DNA of 63,241 nt, the filler included, from Stramenopiles sp. TOSAG23-6 (lineage: Eukaryota): NCBI GenBank assembly GCA_900128565.1. It is 4 parts of 4 records of this genome, joined end to end, with 100 filler letters (N's around TTAATTAATTAA, not from the genome) between each part and the next. Parts side by side here need not be neighbours in the genome. Positions count along the whole stretch, not along the records: positions 1 to 15,814 come from LT636105.1; positions 15,915 to 31,668 come from LT636106.1; 2 more parts are not named here. One strand, given 5' to 3'. The notes under the pieces are model-generated. The model saw only the letters and a program-made list of their open reading frames with translations, made no database searches and was not told where the DNA came from. The number at the start of each line of letters is the position of its first letter. Position 1 is the first letter of the stretch. Below are positions 9,297-19,859 of this stretch, one piece after another. The position numbers and the translations under genes were made by a program.

Positions 9297-11483
9297 TTAT
9301 AATAATTTTGCAAGTGCAGGTGAAGACGCAGAAATACGATTTTCTATATGCCGAATTCCTGGTAATTCTTTACCTTCTTCTACCATTCTACAAACGTCTT
9401 CCATTGTAGCTTCTTCCATCGTAGCTTCAATAACTGTAGAACTTAAAGATATATTAGAATCATCTTTTGTCAAAATACTTAACAAATCTGATTTATCATT
9501 TGAGATATTTTGATTTGGTTTTGATAGTATCATATCATTTTGTACATCATTTTGTGTAGTATGTTTATCATTTCTAGAAGGTGAAAATTGTGCGCTTTTT
9601 TGTCCAGGGGATGAGATTGAATGTTTAGTAGTATTGCCATTTTCTTGAGGTGTGGGGGTGATACTTGGCAAATTCGAAATTGTATCCGTGCCTAAATTCG
9701 TACCTAATGAATTTCGAATTTGGTTAGAGGATACAGTTGTCTCTCTACTGTTTTCCAATTTGTTTTGTTGTTCTTGAGTATTTAATTTAGGATCCAATGT
9801 AGTCATTTTTATATAATCATTTCCAGAGTTTTCACTTTTATTCATTTTATCAGACAATGACGTAACTGTTTTAAGTAAATCAACAGCTACTCTTAATATT
9901 GGTAAAAACTTTTCACAATCAGAATTATGCGACCATTTCCATTCAAATGTGATACCTGTTAGTGATCGATGAAAACCGACAGATTCAAGAAAATCTTCAT
10001 GACCGTGTAACGGTGCTATTTTTTGTTTATAAAATTCATTAGTTGTATGTAATTTTTGATATCTAGGAACATCACTATGTAATATGACTTTATTCAAAAC
10101 CATAATGAGCATATCTTTGGCTGGATTGATCAAAGTTGATGAATTGTTCTTTCGTATTCTATCCAAAGTTTCAGTCATACGAATAAGCTCAGCTTTTACA
10201 TCAGGAGAAACACTATGAGTTTTCATTAAAACATCAATACTTCTTGTGGGCTGCGTAGATAATATTGAAGATGATTTTACTTTTGATTCCTCATTTGACA
10301 CTGCGGAAACTAAATCTTTATTAACAATATTTGCATGACAAGGCACATTCATATTTTCGTTTGAGTCTGTCTGAATCTGTATACTTCCGTCACTTCCACC
10401 ATCAGTGGTTGTAGAGATTTGTTCCTCAATATTTTCTGAATTATTTTTCACTCCAATGAAATCATTTGAACTTTGTGTCATTATACTATTCGTTATTTTA
10501 TGTATCATTGTTTTTATAGTTTTCATATCAGTTTCCGATACTACACTTGAAGAACCTTCATCGATATTTCGTGTTTTGTAGATCAATAGCAGTAATGCTT
10601 TTAGCGCATTTATTTCAGATTTCACATTACTCACTTTTAAATTTGTTGATTTCATAGATTGTAATTGCTCCAGATATTCAATCTGTTTCCTCTGTAACAT
10701 TTTAATTTCCTTTGATAACTCACTGATTTCAGTCACCTGGCGTTCGTTAGCTCTTTGAAGGACTTCTACTGACTGCCGTAGAGCTTTGACTTCAAGAGAG
10801 GGACCACGGCGACGACGTTCATAACTTTCTTGCTCCCAACGATTTCGTTCTCGGTTTCTTTCTTCACGCAATTCATCTCTATTCGACATATTTTCAGATG
10901 CAAGTAATCTAGCTTGTTTTAGCTGTATTTCCCAAGGTGAAGTAGTTGACTTTGTTTCCGACACATTATTATCAGCTGAAGTAGAAGTATTGTCAAGAGT
11001 GGAGGGACTTGAAATTGTCGAATCTACCACAGATGGTGGTCTATCGCGATCTTTATATGTTGAAGCTAAATCATCGTATGCCATCTTTGCTACTGTACCA
11101 AGGGTAAATAGGGTACCGGCGCCTATAAGTGTACTAGCCCATCTGCTCAAGAAACCACCACTTGAAGAAACTCTCCTGTTATCAACAGTTCGATTTTGCA
11201 CGTGTTGTTCGGGAGAAGTTTCTGAAAGGACACGATTGGAACGCTTCTGAGATTCTTCGATTTCAGCATTTGTGAGACCTTTATTACGAAGAAACTCGAT
11301 TCGTTTGGAAACTGGTATGTCCTCTACTGAAGGATGAAGAAGAAAGCCAACACCCGTTGTTACCATTCCCTCACGAATTGGTTTCATATCTACTTTAGGA
11401 CTAGAACCAGTTACATTAGTAACAGATTCTGCAGATGCTACAATTGGGCATGTATCATTTACTTTTGGAGAATCGCCAACCAT
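9297..11483 (-). CDS. PEX14: Peroxin 14 with internal PUB-like domain
   Basis: Pex14_N motif REGMVTTGVGFLLHPSV...KRIEFLRNKGLTNAEI; hydrophobic segment, coiled coil; PUB-like NKVILHSDVPRYQKL...FLESVGF; C-terminal MEDVCRMVEEGKELPGIRHI. Confidence 0.85.
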   Translation of the reverse strand: MVGDSPKVNDTCPIVASAESVTNVTGSSPKVDMKPIREGMVTTGVGFLLHPSVEDIPVSKRIEFLRNKGLTNAEIEESQKRSNRVLSETSPEQHVQNRTVDNRRVSSSGGFLSRWASTLIGAGTLFTLGTVAKMAYDDLASTYKDRDRPPSVVDSTISSPSTLDNTSTSADNNVSETKSTTSPWEIQLKQARLLASENMSNRDELREERNRERNRWEQESYERRRRGPSLEVKALRQSVEVLQRANERQVTEISELSKEIKMLQRKQIEYLEQLQSMKSTNLKVSNVKSEINALKALLLLIYKTRNIDEGSSSVVSETDMKTIKTMIHKITNSIMTQSSNDFIGVKNNSENIEEQISTTTDGGSDGSIQIQTDSNENMNVPCHANIVNKDLVSAVSNEESKVKSSSILSTQPTRSIDVLMKTHSVSPDVKAELIRMTETLDRIRKNNSSTLINPAKDMLIMVLNKVILHSDVPRYQKLHTTNEFYKQKIAPLHGHEDFLESVGFHRSLTGITFEWKWSHNSDCEKFLPILRVAVDLLKTVTSLSDKMNKSENSGNDYIKMTTLDPKLNTQEQQNKLENSRETTVSSNQIRNSLGTNLGTDTISNLPSITPTPQENGNTTKHSISSPGQKSAQFSPSRNDKHTTQNDVQNDMILSKPNQNISNDKSDLLSILTKDDSNISLSSTVIEATMEEATMEDVCRMVEEGKELPGIRHIENRISASSPALAKLL

Positions 11484-11595
11484 CTTTCCCAAGTCAAAAA
11501 TGAATTATAATGGCTAAATCTGGATATTTTTTAAAGGTTGTATTTTTACTACGACTAGAACAGAACGCCTGAAATTTTTCACAAAAAAGCTAGCC

Positions 11596-11611
11596 TAGGG
11601 TTAGGGTTTAG
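11596..11611. repeat. Telomeric motif in PEX14/ACBP divergent promoter
   Basis: tagggttagggtttag. Confidence 0.8.
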
Positions 11612-11810
11612 ACCACCATTGACTCTCATTTCGTCATGAGTGCGTCATGAGTCATTGAGTCATTATTGACCATCCATTCGCATTGACCACACTCTTTTTC
11701 ACGTCGGAACTGTACGCGAGATATTTTTTTTTATCATGAACACTCTCACAATGTCATAATAATTTTCTCGAGATTAGAGGTTGTCAATTATAAATTACGG
11801 CTAAAGTATA

Positions 11811-12110
11811 ATGTCCCGTGAAGGTTTATTTCAAGATGCGGTTGCATTTGTGAAAAGTGGTACCCCAGCGTTGAAGGTATCAACTGCAACACGTCTACAA
11901 TTTTATGCTTTTTTCTCCCAGGCAACAAAGGGTTTCTGTGTAGGACCTTCTCCCTCACGTTTCCAATTTGTGGCACGGCAAAAGTACAATGCCTGGAAGA
12001 AGCTTGGGGAAATGTCTGTGAGCGAGGCAAAACATAGGTATGTAGTTCTGCTGGATACTGTCTGTGTTTCTTGGCAATTGAATACGAAAAAAATAGTGTC
12101 AAGACTATAG
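11811..12110 (+). CDS. ACBP: Acyl-CoA-binding protein
   Basis: FQDAVAFVK...LQFYAFFSQATKG...KYNAWKKLGEMSVSEAKHRYV. Confidence 0.9.
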   Translation: MSREGLFQDAVAFVKSGTPALKVSTATRLQFYAFFSQATKGFCVGPSPSRFQFVARQKYNAWKKLGEMSVSEAKHRYVVLLDTVCVSWQLNTKKIVSRL

Positions 12111-12864
12111 TTGTTTGGATAAAAACGAATCACGCAATGTAGTATGTGTTATATATGACCATCCTCTTTACCCACAAAAAATCTCAGGATATGGTCTCCA
12201 AGTGTTTTATATAATCATTGTTTCTTTTGCTATCTCCATTTTTTTAATCTTTTGATTCTTACATTTAGTTTTCGCTAGCATAGCCATTATGTGGATCGAG
12301 TTATTATCCACTTAAAAATGCACTGGCGATACATTTATTTTGGTCGTGTTCATTTGTTTCACTTTTCTGATTTTCCCATAAATCAGTAAAGTACTGCTGT
12401 TCATGTTTTGGTATAACACTGGACGTGGTGAATGATACGTTAAATACAGAGTAACGCCTTATACTACGGCAATGTTGTTTCTGTCGACCGTATAGTTGTT
12501 CAATGTGCCGTCTGTAGTAAGATTAACTTACGTTAATGAAACTATTGTGGTTGCTTCGTTCAACATAAAAAAACACTTGATCTTATCTGAAAGAAGTATA
12601 AGAAAATTTGAGTGACTGTATTACAGTATATCTTTTTATGAAGTGTATTGTTTTAGTGACTTCTTATTTTGTTTATGTTTTCTTCGTGATCAATCTAAAT
12701 TAACTGAGTCCGGAGACTTCAGAAACCTTCAAGACAATGATGTTATTTTTCTTTTGAGTGAGTTGGTACAGTTAATTGATTGTAATATTGATATCTACAC
12801 AGTTCGATTCTGTGTCACTTATGATTCATATAAAAGGACTTTTAATTTATTTTTCTAATTTAAA

Positions 12865-14271
12865 TTAATTGAATTCACCAACATTTCGCTTTCCTTTACT
12901 CTTTCGCCTTTTATCCACTTTTCCCTTTTTAAACCGAGAAATCATCAATCGTTTTTTCATAAATTTAGCTTCCTGCTTATCTTTGAATTTCTTCAATCGT
13001 TTTGCTGCTCCTTCTTCATAAATTCTTTGTTTTATTTTAGTTTTACCATTTTTTGTATTTGTTTGAGTTTCTTCTTTACGTTTACGCTTTTTTGCTGTTT
13101 TCGATTTTTTATTGCTAGATTTGTGCGCTTTTATCCGTTGAGCTTTGCGTAATGAAACATGCTGGATAACACCAACTGTCATACATACGGCACGCATATC
13201 CCCAAGTGTCCCACTTTTTCCCATCGTCGCAACTGCATCTTCCGTTGTTAGTCCTATACCATCATTACTTGCTTTCTCATCAATATTCCAAACTTGTAAA
13301 ACACCATTTGATGAAATAGCCCATAATAATGCAGAAGTGTCATCAAAAGAATTATCTTTTTTATCCTGATTTTTATCATTTAGAATAGTCGGGTTAGAGT
13401 TTTCCCCAACGTAATTTCGAGAAAAACCCAAAGAACGAAGTCTAGTTGGTTGCCCAGATGCCCATGAATGCACAAGTGATGAAGAAGAATCTTCTGTGTC
13501 ATCAGTGTAGTGCCATAAACGAAGAATTTTATCTTCTCCAGCAGTGACTATTTTTTTATCATCTAAAAAAACAAAGTCGTTCGCTCGATACTTATGCTCG
13601 AAAGCACAAATTCTTCCAGTATTACCAGTCTTATATACATATACATTATATAAACCAAGACATGCATAATAATTACCAGATGGAGAGAATCGAACATGAT
13701 GCACTTCTTCATCAGTAGGAACACTTGACAAAAAATTTCCTGTCAATGTAGACATGTTCCAGAGTTTGAGTCGTTTATCTTTTCCAGTACTCAAAAACAA
13801 TTTTCCACTAGGGTGAAAGTCAATAGAAAGTACTCCTTTTTTATGAGCTTTTAATGCTGCAAGACACTCGAAGTCATATACTCTCCATACACATACTAAA
13901 CCGTCTTGAGACCCACTGAGTAAATATCTACCATCTGGAGAAAACTTGAGCGTGGTAATAGCTCCTTCATGTTTACTCAATTGACCTAATTCTCTATATT
14001 GATCCAAATCGAAGAGTTTAATATACTCATCTATACCACCAGTTGCCAAAATGGCTACTCGACCAGTTGTTGACATCGCTAGCGCTTTTACAGTACCATC
14101 ATGGACAGACATAGCACATCGTTTTTTCAGTTCAGTCGCTGTCTCAAGTAGAGGAGTTGAACCATCTTCTGTTACTGCACCACTAGCGTAACCAACAATG
14201 CCACCACTGTAAGTACCCACAAAAGCATGAACTTGCATTTTATCACGTAATACTTTTAAATTAGACTCCAT
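12865..14271 (-). CDS. MAK11: WD40 ribosome-biogenesis factor, Mak11/PAK1IP1-like
   Basis: N-terminal VGTY, LATGGIDEYIKLFDL, HPSGKLFLSTGKDKRLKLWNM; basic C-terminal tail. Confidence 0.8.
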   Translation of the reverse strand: MESNLKVLRDKMQVHAFVGTYSGGIVGYASGAVTEDGSTPLLETATELKKRCAMSVHDGTVKALAMSTTGRVAILATGGIDEYIKLFDLDQYRELGQLSKHEGAITTLKFSPDGRYLLSGSQDGLVCVWRVYDFECLAALKAHKKGVLSIDFHPSGKLFLSTGKDKRLKLWNMSTLTGNFLSSVPTDEEVHHVRFSPSGNYYACLGLYNVYVYKTGNTGRICAFEHKYRANDFVFLDDKKIVTAGEDKILRLWHYTDDTEDSSSSLVHSWASGQPTRLRSLGFSRNYVGENSNPTILNDKNQDKKDNSFDDTSALLWAISSNGVLQVWNIDEKASNDGIGLTTEDAVATMGKSGTLGDMRAVCMTVGVIQHVSLRKAQRIKAHKSSNKKSKTAKKRKRKEETQTNTKNGKTKIKQRIYEEGAAKRLKKFKDKQEAKFMKKRLMISRFKKGKVDKRRKSKGKRNVGEFN

Positions 14272-14511
14272 AATAGATCTATATTGGTGTTGTTATTGGG
14301 ATTACCACAATCTATCAGAAATATATCGCCTAAATTACTATCACCGGCCGAGGGTACTATACTTGATTTCATACTAGAACTCCGCAACTGAGCTGACTTG
14401 ATTTTCATTTCTGTTGTGATTTGATGGCTCTGAAACGAAGGTGTACACTAACTACTAACACTACAGTATTTGTGGTAAATATTACATTCTTTCACTGGGT
14501 ACTTTTTCGTG

Positions 14512-15713
14512 ATGGATTGCTCTGTTACTGACGGATACATATGGCATATTTCTCCACCAACAAAACAAAAAATTCAATCAAAGCTAAAGCAGGAAGAGTA
14601 TAAGGAAAAGGTGAATAATTTACTTGAATGGGCCAAAACAAATGGAGGTGACGTTTCTCGTATTCGTGTTTCTCACATACCTGGTCGAGGACTCGGCGTT
14701 GTAGCAACGTGTGATATTGATATGGGCGAACCAATTCTCAGCATTTCACCCGCAATGCAACTGACAGTATCGTCTGCGTCAAAGTCTCCTCAAGGCCAAA
14801 CATTAATTCAGTACAGCAAACAAAATCAACGGCCTGTCAGTGCACGGTGTTTAATATATGCAACTCTTATAGCTGCGAAATTTGATAGAGCACATCATTG
14901 GCATGAATATGCAACTCTATTACCCCAGAAACATTCTGATCCTTTATGGTGGTCAGATGAAGATTTAAAACTATTGCAGGGAACACAGTTAGCTCATGAT
15001 GTTCCAGTACATTTAACAAAACTAAGATCATTGTATACTGAATATTTCCCAATTATTTCACAAATACACCCATCAATTTTCCAACCCAACCTTTTTACTT
15101 TTCAGAATTTTTTGTGGGCGCGATCCTGCTTAACCTCAAGGTGTTTTCATGAAGATTCTCTTCGTCAGCAATGTGCAACTTTATTAAAAACGACTGTCGA
15201 AGACTCAACTTTATTAAAAACGACTGTCGAAGACTCAACTTTATTAAAAACGACTGTCAAAGACTCAAACATTCTTCAAGATTGTCCCGCTGTAATGTTC
15301 CCTGTACTAGACTTGACGAATCATGATACAACGGCTGTTGTTCGTGTAGGCATGGTTACATCGACCACAAACGTTGGCATTTCGTGTGTTTCTCGAAATA
15401 TCAAAGTTGATGAGGAAATACCAAATAATTACGGTTCTCGCTCTAATTATATACTTCTTCTTAGTTTTGGATTTTGTATGTTAGATAATTCTGCTGATAA
15501 TGTTCCAATGAGAATGGGTGTTCGACCTGGTAGTTTAAGTAATTACAAAAAAAAAATATTAGATATATGCAACTTAGATGTGACAGAGCTCCACTATATT
15601 TCACTGGATAATTTAATGCCTACTCGTCTCTTAGCTTGCATTCGTTTACTGCTAATTGATGAACCTGTGCTTACTGCATTTCACAATGATTCTTTTAATT
15701 CTACGAGTCCCAT
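14512..15713 (+). CDS. SET-domain protein lysine methyltransferase (SETD3/Rubisco-LSMT class), 3'-truncated by contig end
   Basis: GRGLGVVAT, FLWARSCLTSRCF, MFPVLDLTNH, NYGSRSNYILLLSFGF. Confidence 0.85.
15176..15268 (+). repeat. 30-bp in-frame tandem repeat x3 (TLLKTTVEDS)
   Basis: caactttattaaaaacgactgtcgaagact repeated. Confidence 0.9.
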
Positions 15714-15814
15714 GTATGTTTTTTTTTTTTTTTTGAGCCTTAAAAAAAAATCGAATTTATTTTTTATAAAAATTTTGTACCTAACAAATTTTAGTTTTTT
15801 TTTGAAATATTTTT
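15714..15814 (+). mobile_element. Introner-family intron I7 (3' end lost at contig end)
   Basis: cccat|GTATGTTTT...AATTTTGTACCTAAC...GAAATATTTTT then N. Confidence 0.85.
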
Positions 15815-15914
15815 NNNNNNNNNNNNNNNNNNNNNNNNNNNNNNNNNNNNNNNNNNNNTTAATTAATTAANNNNNNNNNNNNNNNNNNNNNNNNNNNNNN
15901 NNNNNNNNNNNNNN
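15815..15914. other. Artificial contig linker N44-TTAATTAATTAA-N44
   Basis: Six-frame stop spacer, identical at three places. Confidence 0.97.
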
Positions 15915-15916
15915 AT

Positions 15917-16909
15917 GGTGAATGTAACAAGTGTAATGCTGGTTTCTACACTCAATCATATGATGCGACGGAATGCCTTTCTTGTGAGCCTGGCAAGTAT
16001 TCAGATTCCGATGGTGCTACCGATTGCATAAATTGCCCGGCAGGAACGGCAAACTTTGGGTCTGGTGGCACTGCAAGTGATTGTGAAGAATGCGCTACAG
16101 GAAAATACAGTAGTACAGCTGGAAGTTCAGAATGTAGTGAGTGTTCTACTGTGACAACAACAGGCGCTACTTCCTGTCCAGCACCAACAACATCATCATG
16201 CGTTTGCCAAAACGGAACAGTATCAACAGATGCAGACTGTGCTATAATGATTGCTTACAATGGAAAAAATGAAAGTTGCTCCTCTTGTAATGATGGTTAC
16301 TATGCAATACCTGCGAATGATGATACAGTACCTGGTGTGACTTGCGATAAAAATATCTGCCAATGTACAGATGGGGTTGAAGCTACTGGAACTGATTGCC
16401 CAAATCATTTTGATAATCTATGTGTCAGTTGTAATGATGGATTCGATTTAAGTGGTGGTGATTGCATTGAAAGGTGGTGTAATTGTGATGACGGTGAGCA
16501 GGCACAAGGTGCTGACTGTCCAGCTGATGGTGATGATGCTTGCACTGCTTGTTGGGAAGGGTATGTGATGACCAATGCTGTTCAACAAGACTCAGGGACG
16601 ATGGTTGGAATCTGCGAAGAACAAATATGTACATGTGAAAATGGAACTCCTGAAGATGATTGTTCGCACTTTAATATTGTAGAAGTTGAAGCCTGTCAAC
16701 ANTGTGATGACGGCTATCATCAGGCTGATGGTGATATGNATAATCAGGATCAGGTCTGTAAGGAAAATGAATGTACATGTGATAACGGAACGGCAGTGTC
16801 ACACGACAGATGTTATTCAGATGGTGATCTCAACTGTGACAGCTGTGACGGTGGTTACTCTCTCGGCTCCTCACCTTCAACGGGTTGGCCAATTTGTATA
16901 CAAGATTAG
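15917..16909 (+). CDS. Cysteine-rich repeat surface/secreted-type protein, 5'-truncated
   Basis: Frame open from contig start: CNKCNAGFY...CLSCEPGKYS...CINCPAGT (GCC2/GCC3-like) then CxCxxG...CxxCxxGY repeats. Confidence 0.8.
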   Translation, partial: GECNKCNAGFYTQSYDATECLSCEPGKYSDSDGATDCINCPAGTANFGSGGTASDCEECATGKYSSTAGSSECSECSTVTTTGATSCPAPTTSSCVCQNGTVSTDADCAIMIAYNGKNESCSSCNDGYYAIPANDDTVPGVTCDKNICQCTDGVEATGTDCPNHFDNLCVSCNDGFDLSGGDCIERWCNCDDGEQAQGADCPADGDDACTACWEGYVMTNAVQQDSGTMVGICEEQICTCENGTPEDDCSHFNIVEVEACQXCDDGYHQADGDMXNQDQVCKENECTCDNGTAVSHDRCYSDGDLNCDSCDGGYSLGSSPSTGWPICIQD

Positions 16910-17113
16910 AGTGTGTGATATAATAAAAAAAATACACATCTTATCTATGAGCTACAACAATTGCGGCATTTTTGATTTATTATTTATGTATTAGAAAAAA
17001 TAATTTCATTCGTTGGTTAAGTCCATACATGCTCCCTTCCTCTGGACCACGAAATCAAACAAAAAAAGCATAGAATTATTATTAGCAAACAATGATACCA
17101 CTCAATGATAATA

Positions 17114-17217
17114 ATGTATTTTGGAAAAATATTTCAAAAAAAATTCTTAAAATATTTGTTAGGTACAAACTTNCGTACAAAAAAACAAATTCAAATTTTC
17201 AAAAAAATAAAACATAC
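17114..17217 (-). mobile_element. Introner-family copy I8, 104 nt, GT...AT, outside any long ORF
   Basis: aat|GTATGTTTT...TTGTACCTAAC...GAAATATTTTTCCAAAATACAT|tatt. Confidence 0.85.
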
Positions 17218-17414
17218 ATTNCACGCGTTTTTTAATGTAGCTACTTTTGATTTCCTCTTTTTTATTGGTTTATCTAGAATTATGTCTAATATTTTTTTAT
17301 AAACCTAAAAATATTATTAACAAAAAAAGGAAAATACAAATATTCCATAAGGAGTTATCCAAGTAGATTAATTATTCAATCGCTTCCATTAATAAATCGG
17401 AAAAAAAACGAAAA

Positions 17415-17429
17415 CTAACCCTAACCCTA
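17415..17429. repeat. Telomeric motif upstream of cyclin H
   Basis: ctaaccctaacccta. Confidence 0.8.
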
Positions 17430-17648
17430 GCGCTAGCGCGAAAATCAGATTCTTGACTTGACAACAACAAATCAAGCCTCGAGCCCTACAATCAAAAAAG
17501 ACTCAAAAAACAAAGTTTACCTCGGTAAAAAGAATTCTGATAGGCCGATTGTGTAAGACCATTGAGCATTTAGAAGATATTTTTGTCTGTGTGGCTCTAC
17601 AGTTAGGACATTGCTTCATCAATTTCTCATTAGTGACCAGTTGATATA

Positions 17649-19142
17649 ATGGCAAAATTCCAGACTTCGACACAGCGGCAATTTTGGATGTGGAGTATGG
17701 ATGAGTTGAGCTCTTTACGCAAACAAACAAATAATTCATTATACCGTCGCTTTTCCACGACTGAACCATTTTCCCCGGATCCTGATGGATCGTGCAAAAT
17801 ATCAAGAAAGCCTCCTGCTACGCCTGCAACCGCTGTGGCTCAACAACTGACAGAGTTTGCTCTTTTATCGCCTGAACCACTCGCACCTTCTCAAGGTGAT
17901 TCCAACGTTGATAGTGAAAGGAAGACATTAACTGGGCGCAAACGGTCGCGGGAAAGTACCGAAACAGCAACAACACCAAAGCAAGTCATTAAATTTCTAT
18001 CCCCTGATCAAGAACAGTTACTCCTTGAGGGTTATCAAACAAAACTTTTTAAAATTTGTTCGCAGCTTGCACTGAGCGATCGCGTGACTGCGACAGCTGC
18101 TATATTCTTTAAAAGATTTTACGTCCACCATTCTCTTATGGAGTTTGATGCCCGATATATGATGCTCACTTCTATATTTACAGCTGCAAAAGTGGAAGAA
18201 CAAGAAACTCGTGCAAAAGCTGAGAAAATTGCAGATTTATGTTCATCTAATAAGGTACCCGTTGAGTCTTCAACAATCTTGGCTAACGAATTAACCCTAA
18301 TTATGGGATTAAAATGCAATTTAGTGGTACATCATCCTTTCCGCGCCTTGAGAGGTTTCGTGATGGATATTGATAAAGAAGGTAAAAAACGGGCGAATGA
18401 AATCGCTCGCAATGAAAATGTACAGAATGAAGGGATTGCATTTCGATTATGGGAGGAGCCAGGTCGGAAAGCACGTCTCGAACAAATTCGACTTACAGCA
18501 CACGAAATAATCAAAGAATCTCTAGTCACTGATTGTGCGCTTTTATTTTCCCCATCACAGATTGCACTTGTAGCATTATCATACGCAGTGGACAATGCAT
18601 TCCAAAATGAAGATGGATATAATGGGGAAGATGTGATTCAAGCATATTTGAAACAAAAATTTCCTTCGAAATGCACAAGTCTTGTATCAAGTATACAAAA
18701 AGCTAGAATATTAATTGATGCATATAGAAAAAAACAAAATGAGTTAATAGGTCCCAGTGAATCTGCAGAATCTGCTAGAAAGAAACATACACGAAAATTG
18801 CGAAAAATAACGAAAAGGTTAAAACTTTGTCGTGCAGTCATGTATATTTTATTTTTTTTCAAANTTCNANTTTNTTTTNGTACGAAANTTTNTACCNAAN
18901 AAATTTTTTAAGTTTTTTTTTGAAATATTTTTCCAAAATACATCGTTCCAATTATTGAAAAAAACCGCGAAGAAAAACGAAACAGAGAAAAATCTGAATT
19001 AGCAAATTTGAAAACTCATCGTAAAGCTATAAAAAATCAACAATTATTACTTGGTAATAATGAAAATGGGGATAAAACTGAGGATAATAATAGTGATTTT
19101 GTGTTGAGGAGACCCAAGAAACTTTGTCGGAAAAAATTATAA
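17649..19142 (+). CDS. CCNH: Cyclin H (exons 17649-18841, 18944-19142)
   Basis: N-terminal FQTSTQRQFW, cyclin box ATAAIFFKRFY...AAKVEE, LVVHHPFRALRGF, LLFSPSQIAL. Confidence 0.9.
18842..18943 (+). mobile_element. Introner-family intron I9, 102 nt, GT...AT
   Basis: gtcat|GTATATTTT...GAAATATTTTTCCAAAATACAT|cgttcc; opens a terminal exon to stop 19142; many ambiguous bases inside. Confidence 0.85.
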
Positions 19143-19342
19143 ATTGAATTTCAAGAAATTATAAAAATTTGGATTTTTATTGATGACTGATAGTAATTCT
19201 CGACACTCTTGGGGTATTATTTATCCTATTTAATCCCCAAAACGACATATACAGTTGTATCGAAATGTTCATTCATTGCATTGATCATCCAAAATTCACA
19301 ATGTTTTTTTCCTAGGCAACATTCAGAGAAGTTTTTAGAAAT

Positions 19343-19802
19343 TTAGAAAACTTTTTCAATTGTTTTGGGATCTATCCATTGATCCCACTCATCATTAAAT
19401 GATTTATAATGAATTTTTAAAAGAGGTCCCACGTAGTTTTTTTTCACAATAGCATCAAATAAAATTTTTTCTTTGCCCCAACACGCAACTACGGAATCAC
19501 CTTCACTAAACATTGGCCTATTTTCATTTGATATATCATTCGTAACAAATGTAGTATCTTTCGGCATCAATTCATCAATTAGTTTATACTCGTCAAATTT
19601 TTTATCCCATTCATTATAATGGACTTTCAGGGCATTTGCTTTACGTTTTATACTAATTATTGTAGCTTTTCGAAACTTGGAATCGTATGATTTTATTAAG
19701 ATTTCATCACCAACATGGACCTCGTATGACGTCATTTATTTTTGAAAAATATATCAAATTCAAAATGTATTAGGCTCAAATTCAAAATTCATATAGCACA
19801 AC

Positions 19803-19859
<57 letters not shown>

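Noticed and set aside
12111-12864. Possible gene or ncRNA in the ~750-nt convergent gap (small GTGGAT/ATCCAC hairpin near 12291-12311)
   Set aside because: No convincing ORF or recognisable RNA family motif.
15815-15914. TTAATTAATTAA within N runs (also 31669-31768 and 47481-47580) as a biological motif or real gap
   Set aside because: Identical 100-nt six-frame-stop linker; segment lengths descend (15814, 15754, 15712, 15661), consistent with size-sorted concatenation.
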